A stretch of 64,000 nt of DNA from Paramecium tetraurelia (lineage: Eukaryota): positions 1 to 64,000 of the forward strand of contig CT868430.1 in the NCBI GenBank assembly GCA_000165425.1, given 5' to 3'. The position numbers and the translations under genes are program-made. This document shows, one piece after another, positions 1 through 13,848 of this stretch (position 1 is its first letter; every line of letters begins with the position of its first letter). The notes beneath the pieces are model-generated. The model saw nothing but the letters and a program-made list of their open reading frames with translations, was not told the origin of the DNA and did no database searches.

Positions 1-63
1 CTCTACGGATTGATATTAGGGACTCTTTCCCCTTGATCCGGAACTGTATCTTTTTCTGGACAT
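1..63 (-). CDS. 5' end of an Arg/Ser-rich protein (runs off the window)
   Basis: ATG at 63 after an A-rich leader reads MSRKRYSSGSRGKSPQYQSVE, an SR-like N-terminus; truncated by the window edge. Confidence 0.45.
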
Positions 64-1049
64 TTGGAATTTTTTAATAAATTATTTATAGAACCATTTT
101 CAGCAGCCTAGAAAAATCGCAGTCAGCTGGCTACGATGATTTAATCCTTCTAAGTCTAAGAATATTATGAGTTCAGAAGCAAATTATCATATTTTAATAC
201 AAATAAATACTCAGTCAATATCTTCACCCATCCTTTGAACTATCAATGTTTTCCTATTTTATCCAAATATCACGAACATTTATTTTAGAGTCTAGGAATT
301 ATTGTCAATAGAAAAGGGTTACTCCGCTATTTATCATAAAAGTAAATTTTTAAGATGAATTGTTTTTGAGTTTGTTATTATAAATTATGTTTTTTTTCTA
401 AATTATTTTTATTATTTGTTTAAGATTAAAATATCCAAATAATTGATCATTTGATAAACCTTCTATTCTGTTCTGTTCTGATTCTAAATTCTTGTTTTCT
501 TTTCAATAGAATGATGAAAACAAAATAACAAAGTGTCTCAGTATTTGTAGACAAATGGATTTATATTGAGATTTCGAGACAAAAAAAGTGTCTTAGGAAC
601 TTACTATTACATGTATTTAGTATTAAATCTATTTGAAATAGTGTTCTAAATTGTAATACTAATACAGATTCGGTTTTTAAAGAGAAAAAGGTTACAACTT
701 AAGTTTTTCGAAGGAGTGATAATTTTATTAAATATGAATTATCTAGGATAAACATAGGGTTTGATAAGGCTTATATTTTCATTTAAAATATATAATATAA
801 ATATAATTTAATTTAGAATTTTTCAGCTATATTAAAATCTCTAAGATTTGTTTTAATCTAACTTAAACTAATAGAAGTTTAGAATTCAACTTAATTTGAC
901 TCATATAATTAAAATAGCCTTAAACCTTTGATATTAACTAAGGCTGATTAGTAAATAAACTCTAATTCATAAACGTTATATTTAAAGAGATGTTAAGAAA
1001 TAGGTATAACTATGAGATGATCAAACTTAATAACCTTAAAAAATCAGAT

Positions 1050-2100
1050 AATGAAAAATGAGCGAATAAGAACATGATTTGGAAATAAAAAACAAGGAAA
1101 ATAAGGGGATAATATAATTAAATGGATAGGAATCAATAAAAGAAAATGAAAAGAAAGAAGTTTATCAACAAACTTCTTTCTCCTATAATCTTTTAGAATA
1201 AAATTCAAATTAGTAAGATGAATGGTGTTGTGCTATAGCCTTCAATATGGATTAATCAATTGTGATTACTGGATATAATTAGAACATTAATGTATTTGAA
1301 TATAATATTGGGAAATTGGATTTAGTAGAATTGTTAATTGGTCATAGAAAACCTTGCTTTGTTTAAATTTATGAATTATACAAATCGCTTTGTTTAAATT
1401 TCATGAATTATAAAAATCGTTTTGTTTCTGGAGGCAGTAAATGAAATTATTATGTTGTAGATAATAAAACACAATAAATGGACTATTTAATCTAATTGTT
1501 TGGACATTTAGATCCTGTATTTTTTTATTGTTAACCAATCATGATGATCTCATTATTTCATAGAGTCACTATAATACAATTAACTTTGGATTAAATGGAA
1601 TTAATGGATAAGCAATTAAAAAATATCTTTGATCATTAAGATTAAGTCTATTAATTAATCTTCAAAGAGCAATAAAACTAATTGATTTCATGCTCGAAAG
1701 ATTCATATATTTTAGTTATAGAATAATCCCCATTAGATAAATAGTGGTAGGTTAGATAGAAAATAAAGTAGATTTATTTTGATATAGGTTATATTTCATT
1801 AATGTTAACTATTTCTTATTTAACCATTTGGTAAAGAATAAATGTATGTTTATGAGATGGATAGTCACAGCAAATTGTTACTGAAAAAAGGAAATTTCTG
1901 TAAAGGGTGACTCTAATTTTTGTGAATTGGGTTTTTCATTATAATACTTAAAGAAAAAATGTATTCTAATAGATAAGAATGGCAAAATTTAGTAGAATGA
2001 GCAAAACGGAAAATGGTGACATTATAGTTTCTTAGTCGATAGAGTTTAATCATTTTGATATTTTGGGTAATTAAGTAATAACATGTGGGATTATATGTCA
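1050..2100 (+). pseudogene. WD40-repeat protein pseudogene
   Basis: Code-6 fragments DEWCCAIAFNMDQSIVITG, LLIGH, LNFMNYKNRFVSGG, LFGHLDPV..DDLIIS, DHQDQVYQL..NQLISCSKDSYILVIEQ are in different frames with several frameshifts; boundaries approximate. Confidence 0.7.
1356..1418. repeat. Imperfect tandem duplication, units of 31 and 32 nt
   Basis: gctttgtttaaatttatgaattatacaaatc followed by gctttgtttaaatttcatgaattataaaaatc. Confidence 0.9.
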
Positions 2101-2428
2101 TTCATATTTCTGCTATTAATAATTAATTATGTTTCAAGTTTCTCTTCTCTATCATAAAATTACCGATACTTTTTGTGTTTTTGAATTCACTTTTTCTTGC
2201 TCAAAGCATTATTGCTTTCAAAACTAGAAATCTATACATCACTCAATATTCCACATTTCTTTCAAAAACACGATATTGCAATCCTATCTAATTTTCTAAA
2301 TTTTTCTTGAATAAACAAAAGGCTATAAGATTTTGGATTAGTATTTTTTATTTGAATTAAGATTTTTACAATAGTAAGAATGAGAATAATAATTAATATT
2401 GATAAATTATTTTAGTTTCATTTTCATC

Positions 2429-3971
2429 TCAATCTTTACCATAGAGCTTATTTACTTCCTTATGAGTTAGTCCTTTTGTTTCTTTAACAAAAACATAAAA
2501 GAATACTGTTGACAATAATGTTAGAATTAAGAAAACAATAAATGATCCACTCATAGCTAAGGTATCCAACATCAATGGAAATATATACAAGACTAACAAT
2601 TACCAAGCATAAAGAGTTACAAAGCAGAAGTAAGTCCCTTCACTTGAATTGATTTCTGGAATCATTGACTTAATAAATTGAAGATTTTACCCAGGTAATT
2701 GGTTCTAAAGTCAATACATATTAAAATGAAAAGACACAGATTATAATGAATGAAATAATAACAGTAGATAATTCTTAAGAATAACTAAGCCCAATTATGA
2801 GTATCTAACATAAAATCAGGACGGCCAGTCCAAATAATAATAAGGATCTTTTACCCCATCTTCCATATACATATTTAGATACAAAAGCAGGTGCAAATTG
2901 AACTATTCCAATAATCAAATTAAATATTGCATTCAACGTAATATCATCTTTAGACATTTCCGAGAATATTTAGGAACTGTAAGAAAATAATGCAAATAAT
3001 CCTGACCAGGTATAAACGAAAACTAGAACACACCCAATAGTTACCGTTGTTCTGTGCTTTTTAGTAAAAATGCTGAGTATTCCCTCTCCAAGTTAGATAT
3101 TCTATTGAACTCCTAATTTACATTCCAAAAATGCTTAATCTATAAATTATTCTTGATAAATCGTTCTTAATATCTGTTTCGCTGATTCATCTTTATTCTT
3201 TTGAATCAAAGTTATGGGACTATCCATTTTATAGATAAATGTAAGGATGAAAGATCTACAAAAGTGTAGTAAAGAAGGAAATGCAAAAATGAATTTCCAA
3301 TAATTAGATTCAGGTCCATTTAAAGATTCATCAATATAACCTAATCCTAGAAAAGTGACAAACAAATATCCACCTCCAACCAGAAAGCCAGCCATCACAG
3401 AAAAAGACTCATAATATTTCTGTGGACACAGTTCTTTTAAATATAATGGCATTATTATTGTTGACATGCCCAAACAAACACCAAAACTGAATCGAAAGGC
3501 AAGGATAACTTCTCTATTTGGAATTATTTGAAGGATGCTGAGAACACCAAAAACATCTGAAATAAAAAGAGATTGATTTCTTGTTGTATGTTTAAGCAAT
3601 GGTGATGTCATAACAGCACCAACAATCTGGCCAATTGATAAAACAGCACTAAATAAGCCCTATTCTTCGATTTCAGAAGACTTCAATGTACTTTTATTTT
3701 TGATATATTCTACATTTGAGAAAATAATGTTGTAAATGAAATGGATAAATATGCTAATGAGTAACCGAGTGCAAAGTTACCACTTTGAATAGCAATCATA
3801 ATCACGCTTAAATGAAAAAATGACTTGATTTATTCTTCAGTTCCTTATTATGATTAAAGGACGACAGAGGTTGAGAGTTGAAGCATTTAACTACAATTCT
3901 AATAATGTATTATACTTGCTTTCAGAGTTCAGATTTTCACTCTCTTTCGTTTGTAATGGGACAACTTACAT
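2429..3971 (-). CDS. MFS sugar porter family transporter
   Basis: Multiple hydrophobic helices; motifs PLYLKELCP, DSP and C-terminal VKETKG..YGKD*; a 25-nt intron (gtataatacattattagaattgtag) restores the N-terminal frame. Confidence 0.9.
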
Positions 3972-4400
3972 TAAAGATTTAATTGAATTTTCAATAATAT
4001 AAAAATTGATAATCCAACTAAATTATAAACCTTAATTTATTGAAAAATGTGAAAGAAAGTTGTTTAATTTAAAAGAAAACTAAAGAAAACTAGAAAATAT
4101 TGAGTTTTTTCAAATGAATTTAAATTTATTAAAGTATTTGGATCTTAATTCAATTTCCTTACTTAGTACCTTTGAAGATCATGAAAACGTATTTAAGAGA
4201 CTGAAAATTTTAAATTGAATCGATTTTGTATTTTTATAATTTCCTAATGAAGGTAACAAATAATATCATTTTAATAACTTTTAATAATAGGTACTCTGTT
4301 TGCAATGAATGGCAATCAATTTTTCATAGTTAGAATATTTAATATGAAAAATTAAATAAATATTGTTTATATGATAATAATAGGAGGGATAAAAAATATT

Positions 4401-5981
4401 TCAAATTAATTGCTTTTGCTTTAAATACTCTAGAGCGGTATCTTATTAAATAATTTTTGAATGAATTTAATTATATTGAAAATTGTTATAGGAAGTCTTA
4501 GGATATTCAACTAATAAGTAAGAAAACTTTTCTAACAGGTATGCATATGTAATAGTTACTTATTTTTGAACCAAATATTTACTTAACCACTATCGTATTT
4601 AGGTTTTATAAACAATTTAAAATTTCAAATGCCAAAAATCAAATATACTTTCATCTACTGGTATGTTAATTAATGATTTGTAAAAGTCTTAGAAAAAAAT
4701 ATCTTCCAAATTAGGTATAGAATCTTCAATCTCCTACTTCAATTACTAATTTTAAGAATAATCTTTACCTTTATCAATTCATCATTATTAGTTTAACAGT
4801 CTAAAATATTATTTTTATCTAATGCTTACTGAATCTCTTTTTAATCAACTTATTGTTGAGAAACTGTTACTATTGATTTATTAAATTCAGATTTATTATT
4901 TTTAATTGAAAGGATGATTTGTATAAGTTCATTTTAGAAATTAATTAAAATGTATTTAGTTAGATTTATAGCTAAATTTTACCATTTAAACTCTTTTGGA
5001 AGATTTCCCACAATCTATATTATTTTCGATGTTTAATAATAAACTGCAATCATGTATTCATGTAATTATTTAATTTGCTTTAAATTATTTTAACTACAAT
5101 TTTCTGGAAAGTAGTTTCTGAAATATTCATGATTTTCTAATTGATCCCAATTAATTCTATCATGTGGGGAAAATCGTAGCATTCTATCTATTAAATCCAA
5201 AAATTAAGCCTCAAACCCCTCTTTATTTTGGCAGATAATTGGTTAAGTTTTAAGAGATTATTTCACAATTTATACAGACTTTCCACTTACTTTAAAAGGA
5301 AGCGTATTGTATGTGAGTTAATATAAAATTACTCCTAATGAGAAAATATCTGCTTTGCTAGTATATGCTTAATCGCTGCAAGTTAGTTCTGGTGCAGAAT
5401 ATATTGGTGTTCCAGTATTTGTAATAGCATAATCATTTGTTAATACTTTTCCAACACCAAAATCAGTAATCTTAAATAAGTAATAGAATTACCTTTAATT
5501 CAAGATTATCCCCAATTTTAGTAATCAAAATATTTTCTGGTTTTATATCTCTATGGATTATATTTGATTTATTGAGATGAGTATAACCTCGAATGATTTA
5601 GCCTGCAAAATCTATGACTTGTTAAAATGTAAAAGATCTATTGTTTTATTAGTATTCTTTAATTAACTTTCCTAAATCAGAATCGCACTTCTCCATAAAT
5701 TCCACAAGTATTTTTTCACCATTATATTCATCTAGCACAATATCGTACATTTTTACTAAGTTCTACACATTTTATTATTATTTAATTTTGTTAACAATCG
5801 CTATTTCTCTCTCAATCGTATTCGCATTTAAAAAATTTACTTTAGTTACCTTAGCTACTATTTCCTCTTATGTGCTTATTTTTTAACATTAATATATTTA
5901 ACCCTAACACCCTTTTCCTAGCATTATATCAAAATTGATTTTGTAATCATAAACAGCAAACAATGGATTAGAATTCATCAT
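4401..5981 (-). CDS. Ser/Thr protein kinase with a long C-terminal extension
   Basis: LGKGCQG, VAK, HRDIKPENIL, a 22-nt intron then ITDFG, GTPIYSAPE, DIFSLG; ends LEYLKQKQLI*. Confidence 0.9.
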
Positions 5982-6224
5982 TTAAAATTTAGATGAGATA
6001 ATAAATATAGAGATTAATTAGGAAATGTATAAAGGAAAAAGAAATGTTTTTAATTAAATTTCTATTAAAAATTATTAAACCATATTGTTCTGTTTTGCTT
6101 TCTAGATCAAAATAATTTGTTTAATCTGGATTTCCAAATTATATTCTCTTCCTTTGTAGTTAAAACTAAAATGAATAGATTAGAAGAATTCTTATTTAAA
6201 TTAAATTTATTAAATATATATTTT

Positions 6225-8937
6225 TCATTGAGAACTGAAAGATTAAGATTATATCCTATTAATAACATCAGATGATGTGTCTTCTTTAATAGTTTCATTT
6301 GATTTTAGTTCAGAGATTTTATTAATAGCTTCTTTAATTGATTTTATAAACACAGGTTTCACAACTACATGTATCATTCCTGCATCAAAACATTGTAAAT
6401 GAGAATCATAGTCTTCATGAGCAGTGCATCCAATTATTGGAATGTAACATATTTTATTATTGCTGATTAAACTTTCTAATTATTTTGTTGTGTCTATTCC
6501 ATTCATTATTGGCATATCAATATCCATCATAATCATATATATTTTATTATGATTCTCAAGTACAATATCAAGACATTGCTAACCATTAAAGGCTTTTAAA
6601 AAGTTCTTAAATCCCATATTTTTTAACATCATACATAAAGTTTCATGATTGAAAGGCTCATCATCCACTATCAAAATATATTCCTCATTTTAAATTAAAC
6701 GCTACTATTACTACATTTATTCTGGCAGAATTATTTACTCAATTTGATGTGTTCTAAAACTGGTTGCTCTTGATTTAAATTAATACTCTAAAGATCTTTT
6801 CTTTGTTTTCATTCTTTGTCTTTGATGGTGAAATTTTGGATTGTTTTGGTGAATTGCAATCCTATTAGGAACTTATGGTTGTGGTTCATTGTGAATTTCC
6901 GATTAATAAATTAATCGTAAGGAATTATAATTCTTAAGATCAATTTATCTTTATGAGCATTACTTAAACTTTGAGATTCTTGGGCTTGATTAACTGTTAA
7001 ATTGAATATTATTTAAGACTCTTAATGATTTCTATTTTACAAAACTATTATGTTTAGATTTTCCAAGTGAGCTTGCAGATTAAATTTCATGTATATCATT
7101 AATTGAAAAAGTGAAAAGTAATTAATTATTAGTTACTCTTAATTATAAAAAACTACTATCCCCACTCAACAATTTTATAAGTTTATTAGCTAGAAATAAA
7201 CTTAATCCTAGTTTTATTGTACGATTATCGTCTTATTGTTTATTTAATTTGTTAAAGGTTGTGCTGTCGAATGACTTCAATTAATAATTTAATTTGTTAA
7301 TTTGTTCTTCATCCATACCTTGTCCATTATCTGTAATTGAAAAATAAGTAATTTTATTCATTTAATCTAATCTAACTTCCAAAACAATAGAACCTCCTTC
7401 ATCTGTATATCTATAAGAGTTATTTAAAATATTTAACAATACTCTGATCAATTTGTTTGAATCAGTATAAATGAATAATGATTTCATCTCAATTTTTTTA
7501 AAGTTTTCATTGTTGATCTTAAACAAGATATTTATATTTTTCAATTTACATTAAATTTCTATTAGATCATAAACTTCTAGTAATAAGGTTTTCAAGTTGG
7601 TTTTGTTGTTCATTAATGGTAATTATTCGATTTCAATAGATAAATAATCTAAAATGTCTTAAACCAAGTATAGTTATAATCTACAATTCAAAAGAGCTGG
7701 CTACAAGTATAATTTTTTAACTTAATCAATTATTTAATCATCCTCTTATGCTGTAATGAGATGTCCTATTGCACTATTGAGAGGAGTTTTTAATTTATGG
7801 TTAAAAATATTAATTAGGTTTTGCTTGTATTTTAAGATCTTTTGATTTTATCTCGCAAATAAACAATTATCTATTCTTGAAAATGCCAGAATTTGGCGAT
7901 TTTTATATTCAAAATATCTAACTTAATATGAAAATTTGACATTAAGAAGTGGGTCATTTTATATTGCTAATATAAAATAATGATTATTTTTTAATAAGAA
8001 TTATAATAATTCTTTAGTTGACTTAAAAATTATTTATTATTAAATTGGCTATTAGTTGAATTCTGATGAAAAACCTTGTTCATTATTTAAGAATAATTTA
8101 TAATGAATGTCCTTATCATCTTAAATTAAATTAATTTTATCCCCTCTAGGACTTCCAATTAAAGTGTTTTCTGTTTATAGCTTATTTGTAACAGGTAAAA
8201 AATTAGCATTTTCAGTGATATTCCTTTAATTGATATCAAAAATTTAAAGAACGAATTCTTATTTAAATTTCTTTCTCAACAGCCGTCTGCATTAGTAATA
8301 AGTTTTCTTTTTAGCATATTGGGAATAACCTTCCAATAATAATATAAATGTTAATTATATGAAGTAGTGATCCCTTCTTTTGACATTATAAACCCATATC
8401 GAATCGATATAATTGAATACTATTTGATTGGAAAATAGTAATAAAAAAATGTAGTTTTGAGATCCAATAAGTTTAAAAAGATATAATACTGGCCATGTCA
8501 GAGTTGGTCCATATAATGTTAATTCTTTTACATAATACAAAGTGATTATTATTAGAGATAAAATTTTTTTATTCGCAAATAACACACTGACTAATATTGA
8601 ATAATATAAGTACCAATACTACATATAATTAGAACACAAGAAAGTATTAAAGTGATATATGTAATATTATCAAAACAATATCCAAAATCTACAACAGACA
8701 AAATTGTCAGCATTGCTCCCATCCTTTTCTCTTTAGAAATTTGCATTTAATAAATAAATTTATAATATATCAATCCTACTAATTTCTATGATTATGTAAT
8801 CTATTCATTATTTCTTTTTTAGATTTTCAGCTCAAAAAAGTCCTTAAAAACATCAATTATCAAAATTTGTGTTGGTAGAATATATGACTTTTTAAGAATA
8901 ACATTTTTTATTCTTTTTCTTTTATTAAAATGCACAT
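6225..8937 (-). CDS. Membrane-bound hybrid histidine kinase (TM region, HisKA, HATPase, receiver)
   Basis: H-box FNHKLKTPLNSAIG, N-box VLLNILNNSYRYT, G1 ITDNGQGM, receiver ILIVDDEPFN..IMMDIDMPIMNG..IIGCTAH..VVKPV; start position approximate. Confidence 0.85.
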
Positions 8938-9005
8938 ACTTAAGAATTATTCTTTCAATTTCAAAATTATTAATTATATGAATAGTAAAAATCTAATAGG
9001 ATTAT

Positions 9006-10090
9006 ATGTTTGGAATAATTTTATAGATAACTGATGAGTATAGATAATCATTATAAAATTAGGATTCAATGAATCCATACTTTTGATTTATAGTTTACGA
9101 TAAGAGGTTAACGATTATTTATATATCCAAAGAATTTCAAGAATTTATAACAAATTCTTAAAATTCATTTTTTCTACCTTTGGATTTTATGGAACAGATT
9201 TTAGAATTTAGTTATATTGCCATTGAACTAAATCAAAAGAAAACGGTATCAACTTTTAATTAAACAAATTATGATAAGCATCTTTCTTGATTTAGAATTA
9301 TCAAAATACATTTCGAAAGAAATAATGTATTTATTAATCTTAGTATTTTGATGACTTCCTTTTTCAATCATTATAAACACCATATATATATATTAAAGTA
9401 GATTGATATGCTTCTGAAAAGATTTTTATAATTTTTATAAATTAATGAATTCAGTAAAATTTGTTGAATGAAATTTAATAATTGTCATTATCAGATGCTT
9501 TAGTAAGTATGCAACCTTCAAAGATAGAATTTGAGGTAAAATTATAACAATCTTTATTCTAATTTAGATAAGTGTTATAATGATAATATCCAGATTTTTT
9601 AATTAACTTAAACAAGCAAGATTTATGTATTTCATTTAAAATTGCAAATTCAAATCTAGAAAAAAGAATTATTTTTCATATTTATTGTAACCTTATTTTC
9701 TTGAAATTAAAGGGCTTTATTAAAATCTATTAATCATATGATTATAGCTCTAAATTAATATAAGAAATCATTAAGAATGGTTATAATATATTTAAAAAAG
9801 TTCTACAAGCATTTGTAAATCAGAGGAAGTGGGATGTAAATTAAACTATAAAAAGTAATATTATTCATGCGAAAATATTTTAGATCATGAAATCTTAAAA
9901 AAAGAATAGAAATCATTTAATTAGTTTTTCTCTCTGTCAATAAATTAATTTGGCAACAAAAATTGAAAATTATGCGAATAATAGAGAAGATTCCGAATGA
10001 TGATCTATAAATATGGATTACTATCATAATATGGCAATTTCAAGTCTGTTGAAAGTAAAAGAAAGATTATGATGGCAATTTCAATTGAAA
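9006..10090 (+). pseudogene. Degenerate coding remnant, possibly PAS/histidine-kinase-like
   Basis: Frame from ATG 9006 has a PAS-like segment FIVYDKRLTIIYISKEFQEF but is interrupted by in-frame TGAs; family assignment weak. Confidence 0.3.
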
Positions 10091-10136
10091 AATTCAAATA
10101 CTTTTGACAATATATATATTGAACGGATGTGATTGA

Positions 10137-10394
10137 TCATAATGAAGTGATTCCTTTTTTTAAAGGACTAATTAAAATGATTCCATCTCCTCTTAGGTAG
10201 AGAGCATCTAATTTTCTTTTAGTTTTGATTCCTTCTTAAAATGAAGTTTCTTCTGCTTTGCTAATTATCATATTCAAATGATTGTCATAACTGACTAGAG
10301 TTCCTTTTAGTTCAATATTATTTCTCATTTTGATATAAATTTGTTATGCTATTGAAAATTTAAGTACATCTAATGGTTCATCTAAAGTGTCCAT
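10137..10394 (-). CDS. LSM3: U6 snRNA-associated Sm-like protein LSm3
   Basis: Intronless 85 aa: [57 protein letters not shown], with Sm1/Sm2 motifs and the LSm3-type EPLD start. Confidence 0.9.
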
Positions 10395-10432
10395 GATTAT
10401 AAAATAATAATATTTTTATTATACCGTTTTTA

Positions 10433-11593
10433 ATGAAATAAGTCACCTTCTTATTCATCCTTTTTACTTTAACCATCCAAACATAATTGCAATCTAAAGT
10501 AGATTAAGTTATGGCATAAATGGATAAAATGGCATTAAAAAATGATTTCTCGAAGCAATTAGCAGGTCTCATTGAGCTTAAAATGTTATAAAGTTCTTAT
10601 GTCGAGGAAGTACTCAAAGAGATAAAAGGTATTAGAGACTAATTAATTGCTGATTAAAGTGTTGAGGATTAAGAATACGCAAAAGTAAATAAATTATAGT
10701 AATATTACCTCAGAAAATTGGACAATTGAATGTGGAGATTGAAATCTTAGAAATACAAACTGAGAAGCTTGCAAAAGAATTACAAAGACTAAATTAATAA
10801 ATTGCAGAATTGAATGAAGATATTAGCAAACTTATTGGTACCTAATAATCATAAGAGAAATAATTAAGTACCTTGAACTCAAAGGAAGAGGAGATTAGAA
10901 ACTAATACAAAAGTGAAATCGAAACTCTTAAAGTACTCATTATGTCTATACCAAGCAAAGAACTACAAATAATATCAAATCTATTGATGGATTAAATGAA
11001 ATGATTGCAAAGTTACAATAAGCAGTGTTTGCAGAATAAAGTAAAACAACTGTACTCTCTTAATAACATACAAAACAGTATGTTGATGATCTTAGAAACT
11101 AATTAGGACCAAATCATCCATTGACTGCTTTAGTGGCTGTAACTACAAAGTAATTTGAGTTTTTGATTTAGATTTGATGTACCTACTGTCACTAGAATTA
11201 TCTAACTTCTTGAGAATATTAGAGATGAGAGAATCTAAGAAAATGCAGGAGCTGATGAATACGAAGCAAAAGTTAATTCATCGTATCAAGTTACTTTAAA
11301 AGAAGTCACTGAAGTCAGAGAAAGATTAAGTGCTGATTATTCAAGAACTGTAGTCACTCTTAAACGAAGAAATGAAGAAAATGTATTATTTTTCTAATTT
11401 TCAGGCTCTATCTACAAAGTCTAGAAACTAAATCTAAAAAGACTTACCAATTGCTTAAGATTTACTTCAACAATATAGAAATGAAAGAGAAATTGTTTAA
11501 TCCAATTATAATCTTAGATCTGCCAAAAGAGAGAATGAAGTTAAAATCATAACTCAAGCTTATACTATAGTAGCATAACAAGTTAGAGTATGA
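10433..11593 (+). CDS. Trichocyst matrix protein-like secretory precursor
   Basis: Signal peptide MKQVTFLFILFTLTIQT, then LAGLIELKML..VEEVLKEIKGIRDQLIADQ..EDQEY and two coiled-coil halves; about 360-aa TMP/Grl-like layout with several short introns. Confidence 0.7.
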
Positions 11594-11654
11594 AAATATC
11601 AAACAAATCAATATTTATTATTAATTTTTATAAAGATCAATAACATTAGTCATC

Positions 11655-12102
11655 ATGAATCAATCTATGGCTAAATTGTATTCTCAAGATGGAACAGGAA
11701 GAGATTCTTACATCTTTTGTGATAACGGAGGCTTTTATCCAGGTAATTTCAAATTATAAAAAACGCCATAACATTAAAGCTGTAATTATAATTCTAAAAT
11801 TCTCAGGGGCTTATGGTACACACTCTCCTCAAAAAACTCATTTCAAACCTGAAAAACGATAATTTTATATAAGTGATGGCACTGGAAGAGATACATATGT
11901 TATTAGAAATGTATAAGATAAAGCATTTTTTTCTCCTGATTTTTCATTTCAATTAAGAAAATATGATTCGCAAATTATGAATCCTTAATACCCATACAAA
12001 TTACCTCCATTAAAGTAGGCTTAATAATCGATTAAATCTGATAAGCAGAAATCATTAATATAGAGGCTAGCAAAACCAAAGCTTAGAACTTAAAGTGATT
12101 GA
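11655..12102 (+). CDS. Small basic protein with two DGTGRD(S/T)Y motifs and a C-terminal RLAKPK
   Basis: MNQSMAKLYSQDGTGRDSYIFCDNGGF..YISDGTGRDTYV..QRLAKPKLRTQSD*; one 25-nt intron. Confidence 0.75.
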
Positions 12103-12160
12103 ATAAGAATTGTTTTATACAAATTTATTATATCAAATATATTGTCATATTATTCTTTTG

Positions 12161-13050
12161 ATGCACAATAACAAGATTTATAATGAAGTTCTATTATAGC
12201 TATTGCATAAAAAATTGTTGTCAATAAAGGAAAGATTAATTACTAAGTTAAGGAATTATATCATTGATAAAAATGTTAGTTTTGATAAATTATATAATCC
12301 ACTAAAACAGAGTTTCTTAAAAATTGAAATTATTATCGACTAATTTTTTGTTAAAATATTGAGAAGTTATTCATTTATGTTTCCCTTTTTAAAAAAATTT
12401 ATATGTAAGTACCATTCTTAAGTTATACTACACACCTGAATCTGCCATTATTTTACAAGAATTAAAACAAAAAAAATAATTGAAACCAAGATAATTATCT
12501 GAAGATAATCCTAAAATCAATTTATAGGCGATAAAAATACCTCAAAAAAGCAGATAAATTTCTTTAACTAAAGAATTGGATTATTATGTAAAGATTTCTA
12601 TGAAAGAGAAAATGAAGGAAAAATATAAAAAGTTGAATTAAGACTTTGCTAGTTTTAAGTACCAATATAAGGATATATTGTTTGATAATCCTTATGTCAA
12701 CAATAAATTCAAAAAAAACTTTTTTAATCTGAAATTTTCTGATGAATAGAGAGAAACATATGCAATTAGGTTGGGAAGATTAGCAGTGAAACATAATGAA
12801 CAAATCAAATAGATGTAACGGATAGTTGATGATATTCATGTATAATAGGGTATTTGTAATTTAGAAAAAATATGAAGCTCATAACGAATAGTTAAATTGT
12901 TATATGCCGAAAACAATAGAAAACTTGGTTACAGAAAGTGATTCTTATATAAAAAGTAGTAAAATCTATAATCCTGATATTTTGGCAAAATACTAATAAT
13001 TAAAATACTAGCATTTTTGGAATAAAATACCTAAAACTCTAGCAAATTGA
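12161..13050 (+). CDS. Hypothetical protein
   Basis: Open code-6 frame MHNNKIYNEVLLQLLHKK..; intron structure not fully resolved; no recognisable domain. Confidence 0.45.
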
Positions 13051-13296
13051 AAATTAATCTTGTTATTTTTCAATTTTAAAAATAATAAATTATGGATAAT
13101 CAGATATGGGTATATTTAATGATATCATCATCCTAATAAGAGGGGTGCATGAAAATTCATCATAAAAGTACCATAATTAGTTTAATTTAATTTAATTATT
13201 GATTATGAACTAAAAAAAAATACTTTATATAATGAAATTCTGATCTAACACTATTTTGAGAAAAAAAAAATTTAAATCTGATTTAGATATATTTGA

Positions 13297-13848
13297 TCAA
13301 CTCAATAAAGTGTCTTGTCCTTGGGATGATTTAACCTTGAATTAGACAAAACTGCTGAATCCAAACAATAGATTATAGAGGACAATTAAGATTTGACTAC
13401 CTGCACAGAGATTATAATCGCTTCCCGCTGCAAACCAAAATTAAAGCATTGTTGCCAAAGCGAAACCAAATCCAATTAGGAGTGATATAAAAATAATGTT
13501 TTTTAAGAGGTCTGGTTGGATTTTATCCTTTAAAACTGGTTTTTCTAATAGTTCAATTAAAATGATGATGATTGCAATGGCAAGATCTATTCCACCATAA
13601 ACTGGAGCTTACTTCACAACTTAGCAAAAGTAAATTCCATTGCAATCCTCAATGCTACTAGTTTCTTTAATATCTAACACTTCAACTTCAACTCTAAATT
13701 TGCCACTGTATGTAAAATAAGTTGATAACATCTTAGAGTTTCCCTTGGCAGCTCCGACATCTAATTAATAACAAATTATTATAAAGACTGCAACAAGCAC
13801 CATTGAGCCGACTTTAATAAGCTTTGATTTACCAACCAAAATATCCAT
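13297..13848 (-). CDS. Four-TM (claudin/amastin-like) small membrane protein, 183 aa
   Basis: Intronless ORF MDILVGKSK..DTLLS* with four hydrophobic segments and C-x4-C (DCNGIYFC) in the first loop. Confidence 0.75.
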
